Part shown: positions 10,832 through 23,600 of the stretch, in pieces | Layout of the letters: each line of letters begins with the position of its first letter | How positions within the stretch are numbered: position 1 is the stretch's first letter | From: Cyanophora paradoxa CCMP329 | Taxonomy: Eukaryota > Plantae > Glaucophyta | DNA length: 64,000 nt | Reading direction: 5' to 3' | NCBI GenBank assembly: GCA_004431415.1 | Contig: QPMI01000066.1 | Span: 62,001 to 126,000, forward strand | Made by a program: the position numbers and the translations under genes | Notes under the pieces: model-generated | Database searches by the model: none | The model's input: the letters and a program-made list of their open reading frames with translations, nothing else | Told to the model about the DNA's origin: nothing

Positions 10832-13800
10832 ATGGGGCTCGCAGGCTCGCCTCGCGCGGAGAGGCTTGCGCGCTGCCAGCAGCCGCCCCTGAAGAAACTT
10901 GCCCTCTTCGGCGCCCTAGCTCTTCTCGCGCTGGCATGCAGAGTCGAAGCACATGGAGACCACGGAGCATATGCGCATATTCGGGGGAAGCCGCCCAGCA
11001 TAGGGCGGTCGCTTCTCGCAACAGCGGAATCGGCCACGGGCGCGGCGACCAAGACCTACGAGGCGATCCGTGCGCCATCTTTCCGATTTCGATGTTTCTG
11101 CACGCTGGTACTGATGCTGGGGCCGCGCCGGTGCGCGGTGCGCGGATCAGGTCCCGCCTCGAGGTGCCGCGCACCGAGCGAGCTCATGATCGTGCGCGCG
11201 GCGGCCGGGAACAGCACGAACAAGCCCTTCAACCTCGATACGATACAGGTATACTGGTCTCGCTCCGCCCCGACCCCGGGGCCAGTGCGACGGTCGCCCC
11301 TCGCAGGTCTCCTCGCTGATCAAGGCGGCGAACGCGACCTTCGTCGACACGCGCTTCGCGACGCACTACTGCATCGACGGGCGGCACACGCACGCCTCGG
11401 TGCACACGCCCGGCGGCGACATCTCCGAGTTCCTGCTCGCCCTCGCCGCCTTCCAGCGCGTCGTGCTCGGCGGCGCGAACATCTCCGAGGAAGCCGTGTA
11501 CGCTGCGATGACCGCCTTCATCGACGCGTACGCCGTGCCGAACGAGCGGCCGTTCTACATGCACACGGACCACCACTCGGAGGAGCACCTGCGCAACATC
11601 ACGGGCGTGAACGCGACGTATAGCTTTGAGAAGCCGCCCGCCGCCGACCGCGACGGACTTCTCCGCGACAAGCTCGTCGAGCCCGACACGCTCGGTCCGC
11701 GGCGCTTCCGCGCCTCTGCGCCTCCGCATCGCACCGGGACCGACGCGCCGCTGCCGCCGCCGCCGCAGGCTGCGGGCACCTGAAGCGGACGCTGAAGAAC
11801 CCCGACATCTACCAGACGCCGGAGGCCCTCACGAAGGCCGTCATCCGCGCCTTCTTCCGCGCCCTCTGGCGCGACCACGACGCCGGGACCCACGCGGTCG
11901 AGTACATGGTTCGTTCCCGATCCCCCCCGCCCGCCTCACCGATTCTGCTTTCCTCGAAATTCGCAATCGACGGCGCTTCCCGCAGGTTCTACCCGGGGAG
12001 CACATGGAGGGCTCGCTGGTGGTGATGAAGGGCGCCGCCTGCGGGGACTCTGTCCTCACGTTCGTGCCCAACGTCCCGAGCCACGGCCAGGCCCGCCCGC
12101 CCCCGTCGACCGGCTCCTCGGCTCCGCCCTGACCGGCTGCGCCTCGCAGGTCTTCCTGTACCACCCGGAGGCGCTGGGGCACATCCGCCAGACCCTCGCC
12201 CGCTTCCTCTGCGACCGCAAGTGCGCCCGGGCGCCCCGGCGCCGCCCCGCGGCGGAGCCTGACCCGGCCCCGCCGCAGGACAGACCTGGGCGCCGCCGCC
12301 TCGGCCGCGTGCCACCCCAGCGCCATCCTCGCCGCCGCCTCTACCATCTTCGACGCGGGTCTCGCTAGCACCGCCGACGCGCTCGCCAAGGACCGCCCCC
12401 AGGACGTCATCCACGCGGGCGTCACCTCGGGCTGGGCCGGCGTCAGCACCGCCCAGCCGGCGGCCATCGACTCTGCGGCGGCGGGCAAGGCCGAGGCGGA
12501 GGCGGAGAAGACGCGCTCGAAGGACGCGTGCCCCGTTGTGGACGTCACCGCGCAGCTCGTGCAGGCGAGCCCGCCCACCACGCCGCTCCAGCCCGCCCAC
12601 TCCGCGCCGGCCGCCTTACCTCCCCGTGCGGCGCGCAGGCCGCCAACGTGTCGGACTCTGCCAAGCTCTGGCGCATCCTCTCGCAGGACCACGCCAAGGC
12701 CATGCTGGGCAAGCCCCCCATGGTCGACGTCGCCAACCACACGTGGTCCTGCATCGGTCCGCGCCTGTCCCGCGGCGCCCGCTGCCGCAGTTGCGCGCGT
12801 CGTCGCTGAGCTCGAGCAGACGGGCGCTCGGAGCACCACATTCTCGGCACCCCTGGCGGCACCATCTCCGAGTTCCTGCTCGCCCTCTCCGCCTTCCAGC
12901 GCCTCGGGGTCCGCCGCCCGCCCCACCGGGCCCATCGCTCCCCCTCTGACCGCTCCGGCGCAGTTCACCGTCGACAGCGAGGACACCGTGCAGGCGCTGC
13001 TCGACGCGTACGCGCAGGAGTACACCATCCCGTTCAAGCGCCAGTTCTACATGGTTCGATCCCGCTCCTGCGAGCTCCGAAGCCGTGGGGTTTGCGCCCT
13101 GCTGACGGGTCGGTGTCGGCGCGCAGCACACGGACTCGCACTCGCACGAGGCGATCGCCGCAGCTCTCGGGGTCGAGCCCGAGAAGCTGGACCTGAGCGC
13201 CCCGCCCGCGAAGCTGCGCCCCGCCGTCCTCACCATGTCGGCGGACCCGAAGTACATGGGATGCGGGCACGTGAAGCTGACGATCCAGAACCCATCCACG
13301 TACATGACCAACTCAACTGTCGCCGTGTGGGCGGTGCGGTCGTTCATGCGGGCGCTGTGGGCGGACAAGGCGCGCGGCGGGGGCCGCTTTGTCTTGGAGG
13401 TATTGGAGGGCGACCACCTGGAGGGCGGCATTCTCCTGATCCAGTCCGCCGGCTGCGCGGGCAAGGCGCGTGCCACGCCGTCCTCCACGCCGTCCTCCCG
13501 CCTCTTCCCCGTTGAGAATCTCGCCGCAGAGCGCCGAGGTGGCCCCCCTGGTCGGGCCCCTGACCCCCAACACGCCGCCCCCGCTCGGCAAGGGCGAGGT
13601 GCGCGCCGCGCCGCGCCGCCCCGCTGCTGCCCCGCCGCCCGACGCCGCCCGCCCGACGCCGGCGCAGGCGTTTGTGTTCCACTACGCCGACGTGCACGTC
13701 CTCCGCGAGTGGAACGCCCAGTTCTTCGCATCCGTAGCGACGACGCCCGGCATCTCCCCGGCCCCGCTCGCCCTCGCCCTGCTCCACAGCGCCGACGAGG

Positions 13801-16800
13801 CGTTCGTGCCCCAGGTGCCGCCGGATTCCCGTCTTGTTGCTATTCTATCTCTGAGCTGCTCGGGCGCGCGCCGCGCAGCTGGGCTACACGGTCGCGCAGC
13901 TGGCGAGCGGGCTGCCCATCTTCAACGACCTCGTCACGGGCTCGGCCAAGCTCGATCTCGTCGCCGCCGTCGCCGCCGCCAACGCCACCGTCGGCAGTGC
14001 GCGCGTCCCGCGGCCCTCCGCGCGTATCCATCCACCGGCGCCCATCGATGCCGCTCCGCAGACCGACGAATGGCGGACCGCACGCGCTTCACCTTCGAGC
14101 TCGCGCTGCCGACGCTCCCCTGCAGCGGTGTCACGCTCGCCCGCGTCAACAGCATCCGAGCCAACCTCGCCGCGTGCGCCGGCCCCCGCCCGCCCAGGCC
14201 GCTCTTCCGTCGCCGATCGAAGCCGGCGCGTGCCCTCCGCAGGAAGCTGGGCGCTGCGCAGCAGCGCGTGCTGGTCACGGCGATGCGCTGCGAGATCTCG
14301 GGCACCGCGCGCCGGCGCCTCGCCAGCGCCCTGAGCGGCTTCCGGCGCGGCGCCCGCGCTGAGGCGGCGATCGAGAAGGACGGGACGCAGACGGTCCTCA
14401 CCGTCGACCTCGTCGGCCCCGCCGCCGGTGCGCCGAACCGGCCCGTCCGCCCGCGGGCGACCGCCCGACATCGCCCGACATCGTCCGACGCGCCGCGCAG
14501 GCTCGAGCGACTCCCTCACGCTGGACGCGCTCGTGGCGCGCCTACGCAACACCGTCAAGTACTCGACGCTCTCCATCCTGTGCGCGCCCGCCCGCCGGGT
14601 CCCGTCGCGTGACTCCCGCGGCGTCTCTCTTACGCGCCCCCGGCTCGCTCGCGATCAGCGGCTACGGCAACCCGACCGTCCGCCTGCCGCCCGCGAGTTC
14701 CTTCCCCGAGCTCCCCGGCGCGAACAAGACCGCGTACCCCGCCGTCGGTTCGCCCGCCTCGAGCTCGGCGCCCCGCCCCGCCCCGCCGCCGTCGGTGACC
14801 GGCCCGCCCCGCCCCACGTGCAGCCCCGCAGCCGCGCTGCTCGCTCCTCGACAACATCGCCGTCAACCGCGCCGTTCCCGCCGGGAAGCACCCGGCCAAC
14901 CTCAGCCCCGATCAGGCGCGTCCGCCCGCCCGCCCGCCCGCCCGCCCGCCCTGCCCCGTCCGAGGCGAACGGGCTCTGCGCAGGTGGCTGCTCTCGTGAA
15001 GGCCGGCCGCCCCACCTTCGTCGACACGCGCTTCGCGACGCACTACTGCATCGACGGGCGGCACACGCGCGGCTCGGTGCACACGCCCGGCGGCGACATC
15101 TCCGAGTTCCTGCTCGCCCTCGCCGCCTTCCAGCGCGTCGTGCTCGGCGGGGCCGCCATCTCCGAGGACACCGTCTTCGCGATCATGACGGCCTTCATCG
15201 ACACGTACGCCGTGCCGAACGAGCGGCCGTTCTACCTCCACACGGACGAGCACTCGGAGGAGCACCTGCGGGGCGTCCTGGGGAAAGACGCCTCGTTCGA
15301 CGTCGCGAACCCGCCCACGGCCGCCGAGCGCGCCGCCGTCCTCGACGCCGTCATCGATCCCGAGTCCCTCGGCTGCGGGCACCTGAAGCGGACGCTCAAG
15401 AACCCCGACATCTACCAGACGCCGGAGGCCCTCACGAAGGCCGTCATCCGCGCCTTCTTCCGCGCCCTCTGGCGCGACCGCGACGCCGGCACCGGTGCCG
15501 TGGTGTACATGGTGCGCGGCGCACGCGGGCGGGCCTGCAGGCAGCCGGCGGCGGCGCCGCCGCCGATGCGGCCGGGCTCGGAATTTCTGAAATTCGGAAT
15601 TTCAGGTTCTGCCGGGCGACCACATGGAGGGATCCGTCCTCGTCGTCTCGGGCGCCCCCTGCGGCGACTCGGTGATGACGTTCGCCCCGAACGTGCCGAA
15701 CCAGGGCCAGGTCTTCCTGTACCACCCGGAGGCCCTGGGCCACATCCGCCAGACCCTCGCCCGCTTCCTCTGCGACCGCAAGTGCGCCCGGGCGCCCCGG
15801 CGCCGCCCCGCGGCGCAGCCTGACACGGCCCCCGCCGCAGGACCGACCTGGGCGCAGCCGCCTCGGCCGCGTGCCTGCCGAGCCGCGTGCGGGCCGCGGC
15901 GGGCCCGATCTTCAGCGCCGGCTTCGCCAGCACGGCGGCGGCGCTGGCGGCCAACCGGCCGCAGGACATCCTGACCCTCGCCGCGGTCAACGTGGCCGGC
16001 CTCCCCGGCGCCGACTCGTCGGTCCCCGACCCGGCGGACGCCGCGCCGGCAGCGACGGAGACGGCGGTGGCGGCGGCGACGGCCCACGGGGACGCGCACT
16101 CGGGCGGCGAGCAGTGCGCCGTCATGGACGTCACCGCCCAACTCGCCCAGGCGAGCGAGCCCCCAACGATCCGGCCCGCGCCGATTCATTTTCGTCGCAG
16201 GCGTCCAAGGAGAGCGACCCGGCCAAGCTCTGGCGCATCCTCTCGCAGGACCACGCCAAGGCCATGCTGGGCAAGCCCCCCATGGTCGACGTCTCCGGCC
16301 ACACGTGGTCCTGCATCGGTCCGGACCCGCTCCACACCGCTGCTTGCCTCTTTCTGACGCGTCTCCCAGACGGGCGCTCGGAGGAGCACATCCTCGGCAC
16401 GCCCGGCGGCACCATCTCCGAGTTCCTGCTCGCCCTCTCCGCCTTCCAGCGCCTCGGGGTCCGCCGCCCGCCCCGCCGGCATCGTCCTTCTCTGACCGCT
16501 CCGGCGCAGTTCACCATCGACAGCGAGGACACCGTGCAGGCGCTGCTCGACGCGTACGCGCAGGAGTACACCATCCCGTTCAAGCGCCAGTTCTACATGG
16601 TTCGATAACGCCCCTGTTAGCAACGAAGAAGCTTGCGCCCTGCTGACGTGCGCGCAGCACACGGACTCGCACGCGCACGAGGCGATGGCCGCGGCTCTGG
16701 GCGTCGAGCCCGCGAAGCTGGACCTGAGCGCCCCGCCCGCGAAGCTGCGCCCCGCGGTCCTCACCATGTCGGCGGACCCGAAGTACATCGGATGCGGGCA

Positions 16801-18740
16801 CGTGAAGCTGACGATCCAGAACCCGTCCACATACATGACCGACTCGACGGTCGCCGTGTGGGCGGTGCGGTCGTTCATGCGGGCGCTGTGGGCGGACAAG
16901 GCGCGCGGCGGGGGCCGCTTCGTGCTGGAGGTGCTGGAGGGCGAGCATCTGGAGGGCGCCGTCATCCTCGTCCAGTCCGCCGGCTGCCCCGGCTACGTGC
17001 GCCCTCTCTGCACCCAAACCGTCCGTCCGGCGCGTCCGCTGTGCCATCTGAACCGTCCGCAGGCGCCGATCGTCGAGCCGATGGTGGGACCTCTTAAGCC
17101 GGGCGAGAAGCCCGCACTTGGCAAGGGCGAGGTGCGCGCCGCGCCGCCCCGCTGCTGCCCCGCCGACCGGCGCCGCCCGCCCGACGCCGGCGCAGGCGTT
17201 TGTGTTCCACTACGCCGATGTGCACGTCCTGCGCGAGTGGAACGCCCAGTTCTTCGGGGGGCCGGCGGTGGCCGCCGTGGCGGCCGGCCTCCCCTCGCGG
17301 AAGCCGCAGCTGGCCAACGTGACGCGGGCGGCGCTGCTGAGCGCAATGGACGCCGCCTTCCGGCCGCAGCTGAACGCCACCGTCGGCGCCCTCGCCTCTA
17401 CCCTCCCGCAGTAGTCCGCCCGCCCCCTCCCCCCGCCTTCCTCGACTTCGTTCGCCGCTCAGCGACTCGCCTTCGCGCAGCGTCGACACGGTGACGGGCG
17501 AGGGCGACGCGGAGCTGCTGCACCTGCTGGAGACGGCGCAGAAGCAGACGGCCAACCTGACGCAGGCGCGGGGCGAGAAATACACTTTCGGCGTGCGCCT
17601 CGAGCTGCTCCCATGCACGCGCGTCGACGCCTGGACCGTCACCGACGTCCGCGCCAAGCTCGCCGCGTGCGCCCCCTGTCTGCTCGCTTGTTAGCGCGTA
17701 CGTACGTTTTCTTCGGCCTTCCGAGCGATCGGCCGTCTCTGTCTCGCAGGGCCGTCGGCATCCCCGCCGGGCGTGTGTGGGCGACGGGCATCAGCTGCAG
17801 CCTGGGGCCCGCCGCCGCCCGCCACCGCCAGCGCCGCCGGCTGAGCAACGAGGGCGGCTCCAGCACAGCCGCGGCCAAGTGCGCTCCCCCTCCCACCCGA
17901 GTCGAATCGCCCCTGACTCCTCCCCCCTCCCTCCCCCCTCCCTCCCCCGCAGGACGCCTGCGCCGACTCCCTCGCCGCTGCCGCCCGGGCCCTCCGTCAC
18001 CCTCGGCATGGACATCACGGGGCCCACCAGTGCGCCGCCACACCCGCCCGCCCGCCCGGCCTCATCCCCCCCCTCCCCCCCCCCCCCCCCCCCCCCCCCC
18101 TGCAGCCAAGGAGGACCGCGTCTCCATCGACGACGTCATCGCGACCCTGCGGGCCACCTCCAATCTCAACCTGCCGTGCGCCCGCTCTATAAATGGATGC
18201 TCAAATCGGCCGGCGTCCGTTAGGATCGTTTCGCCGCTCAAGCAATAGCCCCAGGGGGTACCACGCGCGCACGGTCGTCCCGGCGGCCTCGGCGTACCGC
18301 TCGAGCGAGCCCAAGTCGGAGGGCTCGGGCGGCGTGAACCCCGCCGCGATCGCCGTCCCCGTCGTCCTCGGCACCGTCCTCATCGCCGCCGTCGCCTTCG
18401 GCGTCTGGCGCTACAAGTCCCGCCGCAACGTCTCCTTCAAGGTACCCCCTTCTCCCCCCCCCCCCCCCTCCAAAAAAAAGAAACTCGAACTCGAAATCTG
18501 ATCGCCCGGTAGGATAACAAGAAGGGGGGGGAGGAGGCCCGGGGAGCGACCCCGGCGCCCGGCCCCAAGATCGCCTTCGCGGGCGGCGCTGGCCCCGCGC
18601 GGGCCGCCTTTCCCGCGGCCGCCGGGGATGGCGGCTCGGCGGCAGGCGCGGCGGGGACGGCGGTCAGCAGCGGCCTCGGCCTGCCGACCCTGGAGATGCC
18701 CCCGCTCGCGGCGCCAGCCGCCCTCCCGAACTCGATGTAG
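10832..18740 (+). CDS. Type I membrane protein with four tandem zeta-class (CDCA)/beta-like carbonic anhydrase-like domains
   Basis: Signal-peptide-like KKLALFGALALLALACRVEA. Four domains each have CIDGR (11370; 12750 split by intron; 15047; 16312 split by intron), TPGG-ISEFLLAL, HTD and GCGH (11694/11769, 13259, 15371, 16790). Two stalk domains carry RRRL. TM helix AAIAVPVVLGTVLIAAVAFGVW (~18343-18408) is followed by RYKSRR. Stop TAG at 18738-18740. Confidence 0.8.
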
Positions 18741-19331
18741 CGGCCGGACCTGGGGAAGACGCCCCTGCGGCCGGCCGCCCCTCCAGCGGCGGCCACGGTA
18801 ATGCTTTCGAGCATCCAGGTTCGATGCCTCATGCCTCATGCGTATTGTATTGCAACAGGTAAGACGTAGTATATCGCGACCGGGTGATCGAATTGTGAAA
18901 GTAGATGTATGCCGTGGTGGCCGGCAGCGCCGGCGCGCGGCCCGCCGGCGCGGCGCGGTGCGGACCCTGGCCCAAGGGTCCTTGGCGGCCGCAGCCCTGG
19001 CCATGGCCATGGCCAGGCCGGGGTCAAGCTTAAGAGGCCCATGCCAAGCTCTCCGATGCAAGCTAGCTCTCCGAGGCTCGAAGGCTCACGACCAGAATCG
19101 AAGCTGATGGTCGTGGTCGAAGGGGGGGCCGGGGCCTTCAGCTTAAGCTTCAAGGGGCCCAATTGCAAGCTTCAACTTGACTCTGCTTGATCTGGATCGA
19201 GAAATACTAGATTCGAGATTGTAGAGAACTTAACCTTGTCGTCGAGTTGTCGATCGAAATCGGCCGGCAAATTCGAATTTGAATTAAAGCACTACTACTA
19301 GTACTAGTAATATAGTCTAGTATACGTACTA

Positions 19332-19567
19332 CCGTAGACGACTTATATACCGCGCTGACTTAAATACCGCGGCCGCGCTGCCAAATTACCGCGCTCAAAA
19401 TTTTTAGAACGCAGTAATTTGGTAGCGCAGTATTACCCCCTTTGCTAACAAATAATACATTTTCGAAGACGATGGAACGCGGTAATTTGGTAGCGCGGTA
19501 AAGCGCATACCGGCGCCGAAATTTTAGAACGCGGTAATATGTGGCGCGGTATTTAAGTCGTCTACGG
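19332..19567. mobile_element. Non-autonomous Tc1/mariner(pogo)-like MITE, ~236 bp
   Basis: TIRs CCGTAGACGACTTATATACCGCGC / GCGCGGTATTTAAGTCGTCTACGG (one mismatch), TA on both sides (19330-31, 19568-69), AT-rich interior with repeated taccgcgc/gcgcggta motifs. Confidence 0.75.
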
Positions 19568-20628
19568 TAGTATATACGTAGTAGTAGTGCTGCTAGTGCA
19601 TGGTAGAGCTGTGCTCGCTGGGGGGGGCCGGGCCCAGCGGCCGCTATAGCGCCGCGAGCGGCACCCGTCGCTGGCCCGTCGCTCAGCTGGGGGTACCGCC
19701 AAAACCTGACGAAAAAATGCTGAAAACCGATCGAAAACCTATCTGTTCCGCTAAGTTTGTTCGTACAAGCTCTTAAGCCGCAAACTCAGGTTTAATGCAT
19801 GGTTTTGCGAGCCATGCGCGCGTCGATTTCAGCGAGATTGAGGCCAGCCGCAGGCGGCTTGCAGGCTGCTTTAATAATTTTGGGCGAAACGGGGCGCCCG
19901 CCGCCTGCCAGGCTGGATGCTTGAAAACAGTCGGAATTTAGCAAGATTGATCGGCTACGCCGACCTACGTCGACCTTCAGATGAGAAAAAAGCGGGGCGG
20001 GGCTTTTTTTGGCGCCTGTCGGCCACAAAAAACGCCGAGCGAGGAGGCGTCGCTGGCGGAAAACGCCGAGCGTAGCGGCCGCTAGCGCTGGGACCTCGCG
20101 AGCGAAGCGACCACCAGCTACCACAGCCCTAGTGCATGGTACGGTTGGTACCGGTACCGTGCGCAGATGGCTCCGAGGAGCCCACCGTGCGAGATACCAT
20201 TGTACCAACTCCTCTTGTACCCAATTTGCGACGCGACTCAAAAGAGTCCGAAATTTCTGTACAAGCCGTGATGCGCCCGCCGGGACTTCGAACCGGCATT
20301 GGCTTTGTTCGTGTGTCACTCCCCCAACCCGGCGGTCGCAGCAGCTGCAGGTTGCAGCCTTAACTTGCAGGCGCCGCGAGCTCCCAAATTGCACTGGCAA
20401 AGCGCTAACAGTCGCATGCAAGCGTGCTAGCGCATGCGCAGCACCGTGGCACTCGGAGGGGTCGAAGCAAGCATCGGAGCTCGAGGGATCGACCCGAGGC
20501 CAGAGTGACGTGGGCGGCTCCTGCAGCTGCTCCTGGCTGCACAGCGGAAAGCGGCGAAAGGCATGCAAAGGCGCGACGTCGGCGGCTTGGTGCACGTGGG
20601 CCTCGCGCCTCTCGCGGAAAGCCTGCGG

Positions 20629-23600
20629 ATGGCAGCGGAGACTGGGCCTCATCTCTTCTCGCTGGAGACAACCCCGACGACATCCGACTCCGAGGACGTC
20701 GGCTCGTCGGCCAGCGCTGCATCGGATCCCGGAGAATGCTACGCGCCCGCGGTCCCGGCTTCTGATTCTGCGGACCTCGCCGGCGAAACGACGAGCGCTT
20801 TGCCTCCTCATGATCAGCTGCAGATGCAGCAGAGCGAACGTCGGAATCAGGCGGTGGGTGAGCTCCTCCATGCCGGCAGCAGCTCCATGAGGCGAGGGCG
20901 ATACGAAGTGGCCGCGGGGGCCTTCGGCGCAGCGCTCTCTGCGCTCCCCGAAGGCGCCGCACGGGCACCAATTCACGCCAAAAGGTCGGAGTTTGAAAGG
21001 ATTCTACGCATGTGTATGCGATCTCTCTAATGCTCGTGCATGCAGGTCGCGCGCGCTTCTCCGCGCGGGCAGGCTCAGCGAGGCCGAAAGCGAAGCGCGG
21101 GCAGCGCTGCACATGTGCCCGGCGTCTCCGCAAGCGCACTGGCGCTTGGCGAAGTGCTGGTTTGCCCTGCGGCGGTTCCGGGAGGCCGCAGACGCGTGCA
21201 AGAGTGCTGCTCGGCTCGCGCCCGATGCCAGACTCAAGGAGACGTACGAGGCAGGGCACGAAGCGGCGCTCAGCGCCGCATCGCGGGCCGAGGCCGCGCG
21301 GGCGCTTCTCCTGTCTGGCAAGTCCATCGCGGTGCGACGTTTCGGAGTTCGAATTCGACTCCTCATTTCGCGATCGTTGAGTGGCCGCCCGCAGGACGGC
21401 CGCCCCGAGGAAGCGGCGGCGCTCTTCCGGCGGGCGCTCGCCGAGGACGCCGGAGACGTCGAGGCGCGCGCGCGGCTCGCGGAGGGGTGCTACGCGCTCG
21501 GGAGGGACGCGGAGGCAGCGGAGGCGGCGCTCATGGTCCGATCGATTCGAATTTGATCCGCGCTTACGTGCGAGATTTGATCGCCCCCGCGCGCAGGGCC
21601 CGACGCGGCCCTCGCTGGTCGCGCCGGAGGCACGCCCCGCCGCCGCCGAGCTCTTCGTCTCCGCCGGCCGCGCGCTTCGGCGGCTCGGCCGCCCCGCCGA
21701 CGCCGCCGCGTCGCTTCGCCTGGCGCTGGACCTCGCGCCGGATCACGCGGCGGCGGCGGAGGCGCTCGCGGAGGCCGAGCGGGAGCAGGCGGCGCGCCCC
21801 GCCGGGCAGGCGGAGGCCCCGGGCCCGCTGGACCCGGCGGCGTCGCGCGTGCCGCGGCTCCCGACGGGCGGCGCGCTGCTCTCGCGCCACGTCAACGTCC
21901 AGAACCACTACCTCCAGGTGCGCTGTACCCGGGCCTCAGGCTCCAGCTTGAGCTGATCGCGATCGCGGGCCGCGCCGCGCCGCGCCGCAGTACCCGTTCG
22001 GCAACACGGCGGCGCGGCCGGCGGCGGCGCGGGCGGAGCTGGAGCGGGCGTGCGCGGGCGCCGCGGGCCCGGCGCGGCTGCTGTACATTGGGGTCGGAGA
22101 CGTGCGGAACGTGCTGCGGACCTGCGAGGAGGCCTCGGGCTCCGGGGGCGGGGGCGGCCCGGCCCTCCCCCTCGAGTTCCACCTCTGCGACATGGACCGC
22201 TGCGTCCTCGCCCGGTGCGCCCGCGGCCCGTTCTAGAGAAGGAACCTAAAAGAAAGCTTAAGAGAAGGCTCTCTACAGAGATCTCTAGACCGCTGCTGAA
22301 GCTTCTCGGGCTCGGGATGCGCCGGCCTCGACTCACACGCGGGGCGGCACCGGGCCGGGCAGGGACGCGGCGGTGCTGCTGGCGGCCTCGCGGATGGGGG
22401 ACCCGGCGCCCGAGGACGCGCTCTTCCTCTGGCGCCTCTGGTTCTGCCTCGACATGCGCCCCGCCCAGCGCCGCCGCCTCGGCGCGCTGCTGGCCGAGCT
22501 CGCCGGCGCCGCCGCGAGCCCCGAGGCCTGGGCAGCCTCGCCCTTCGGCGCCTGGCTCCGCGTCCCCTGCCCCGGCGACCTCGCCATCCTCCGCGAGGTG
22601 CGTGCGAGATCAAATTCGAGTGAATTCGATCCGCGAGATCAAATTCGAATTCGATCCGCAGGTCTGGCTCTACTGGCTCTCCCCCGGCCTTCCCAGCCTC
22701 GCCGAGGTCCGCGTCCAGCGCCACGGGCACGACCTCCGCTGCGGATCCGCCCTCGCCGCCTCCGGCCCGGGCCGCGAGCCGCCCCGCCTCCGCACGAACG
22801 ACGCGGGGCTCGGGGGCCGCCGCGGCGAGGCGGCGCGCTTCGCGGCCGGCTGCCCGGCCTCAGGGGCCCTTCCGGACGCCCCGCGCGAGCTCGCCGATTG
22901 GTTCCGCGCCCTCTCCGCCTCCCCGGACGACGACAAGCCCGATCATGAGCCCGAGCCGCTCGAGCTAAACCCGACCCTCGTCACGCCCCCGAACGGCCTC
23001 TGCCTCGTCCACTACGGTCAGTCCAAAGCCGCCGGCGTCGAAGCCGACCCGTCTGACGCGCGCGGCGCCGTGCAGGGCTGCACCCCTTCCGGGTCTTCCC
23101 TACGGACGAACTCGCCGCGCACTCGGACGGCGCAGCGCCCGCGCCCCTCCTCGCCCTCGTGCCCCCAGAAAACGTCAAAGAGGCCGGCGCCGACGAGGAG
23201 GAGGAAGGGGGCGCCATCGGGGAGCTCGAGCGGCCGCCGCGGGCCCTCTCCCGCGCCGCCTGCCGCCGCCTCGCCGCCGCCGCCGCCGCCTTCGCCGCCG
23301 CCGTCGCCGGCAACCGCGCCTCCGTCCGGTGCGTCCGAATTCGAACCGCCACCGCGCCCGCCCGCCTGACGGGTCTGGCAGGCTGTACCCCGGGGACGGG
23401 CTGCAGCTTTGCTGGGAGGGCGCGAGCGGCGGGGGCGCGGGGGCGCTGCCCTCGGACGCCCGCTTCGACTTCATCGACACGTCCAACGTCGTCGACAACG
23501 TCGGCGCGCCCTCTATCCGTCTCGGCCCGCCCCTAGCCATAGGATCCTACTAAACTGCCGGGCAGGGCTCTGGGCGCTGCTGGTGGCGTGCGGGTGGCGC

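Noticed and set aside
19290-19589. CACTA transposon defined by CACTA...TAGTG ends
   Set aside because: Flanking triplets (aag / ctg) do not form a 3-bp TSD, and the ends are simple (CTA)n repeats. The inner TA-flanked MITE explains the structure better.
19792-20976. 394-aa minus-strand and 293-aa plus-strand ORFs upstream of or overlapping the TPR gene
   Set aside because: No recognisable motifs; they overlap the likely promoter and first exon of the TPR-DUF4470-MYND gene.
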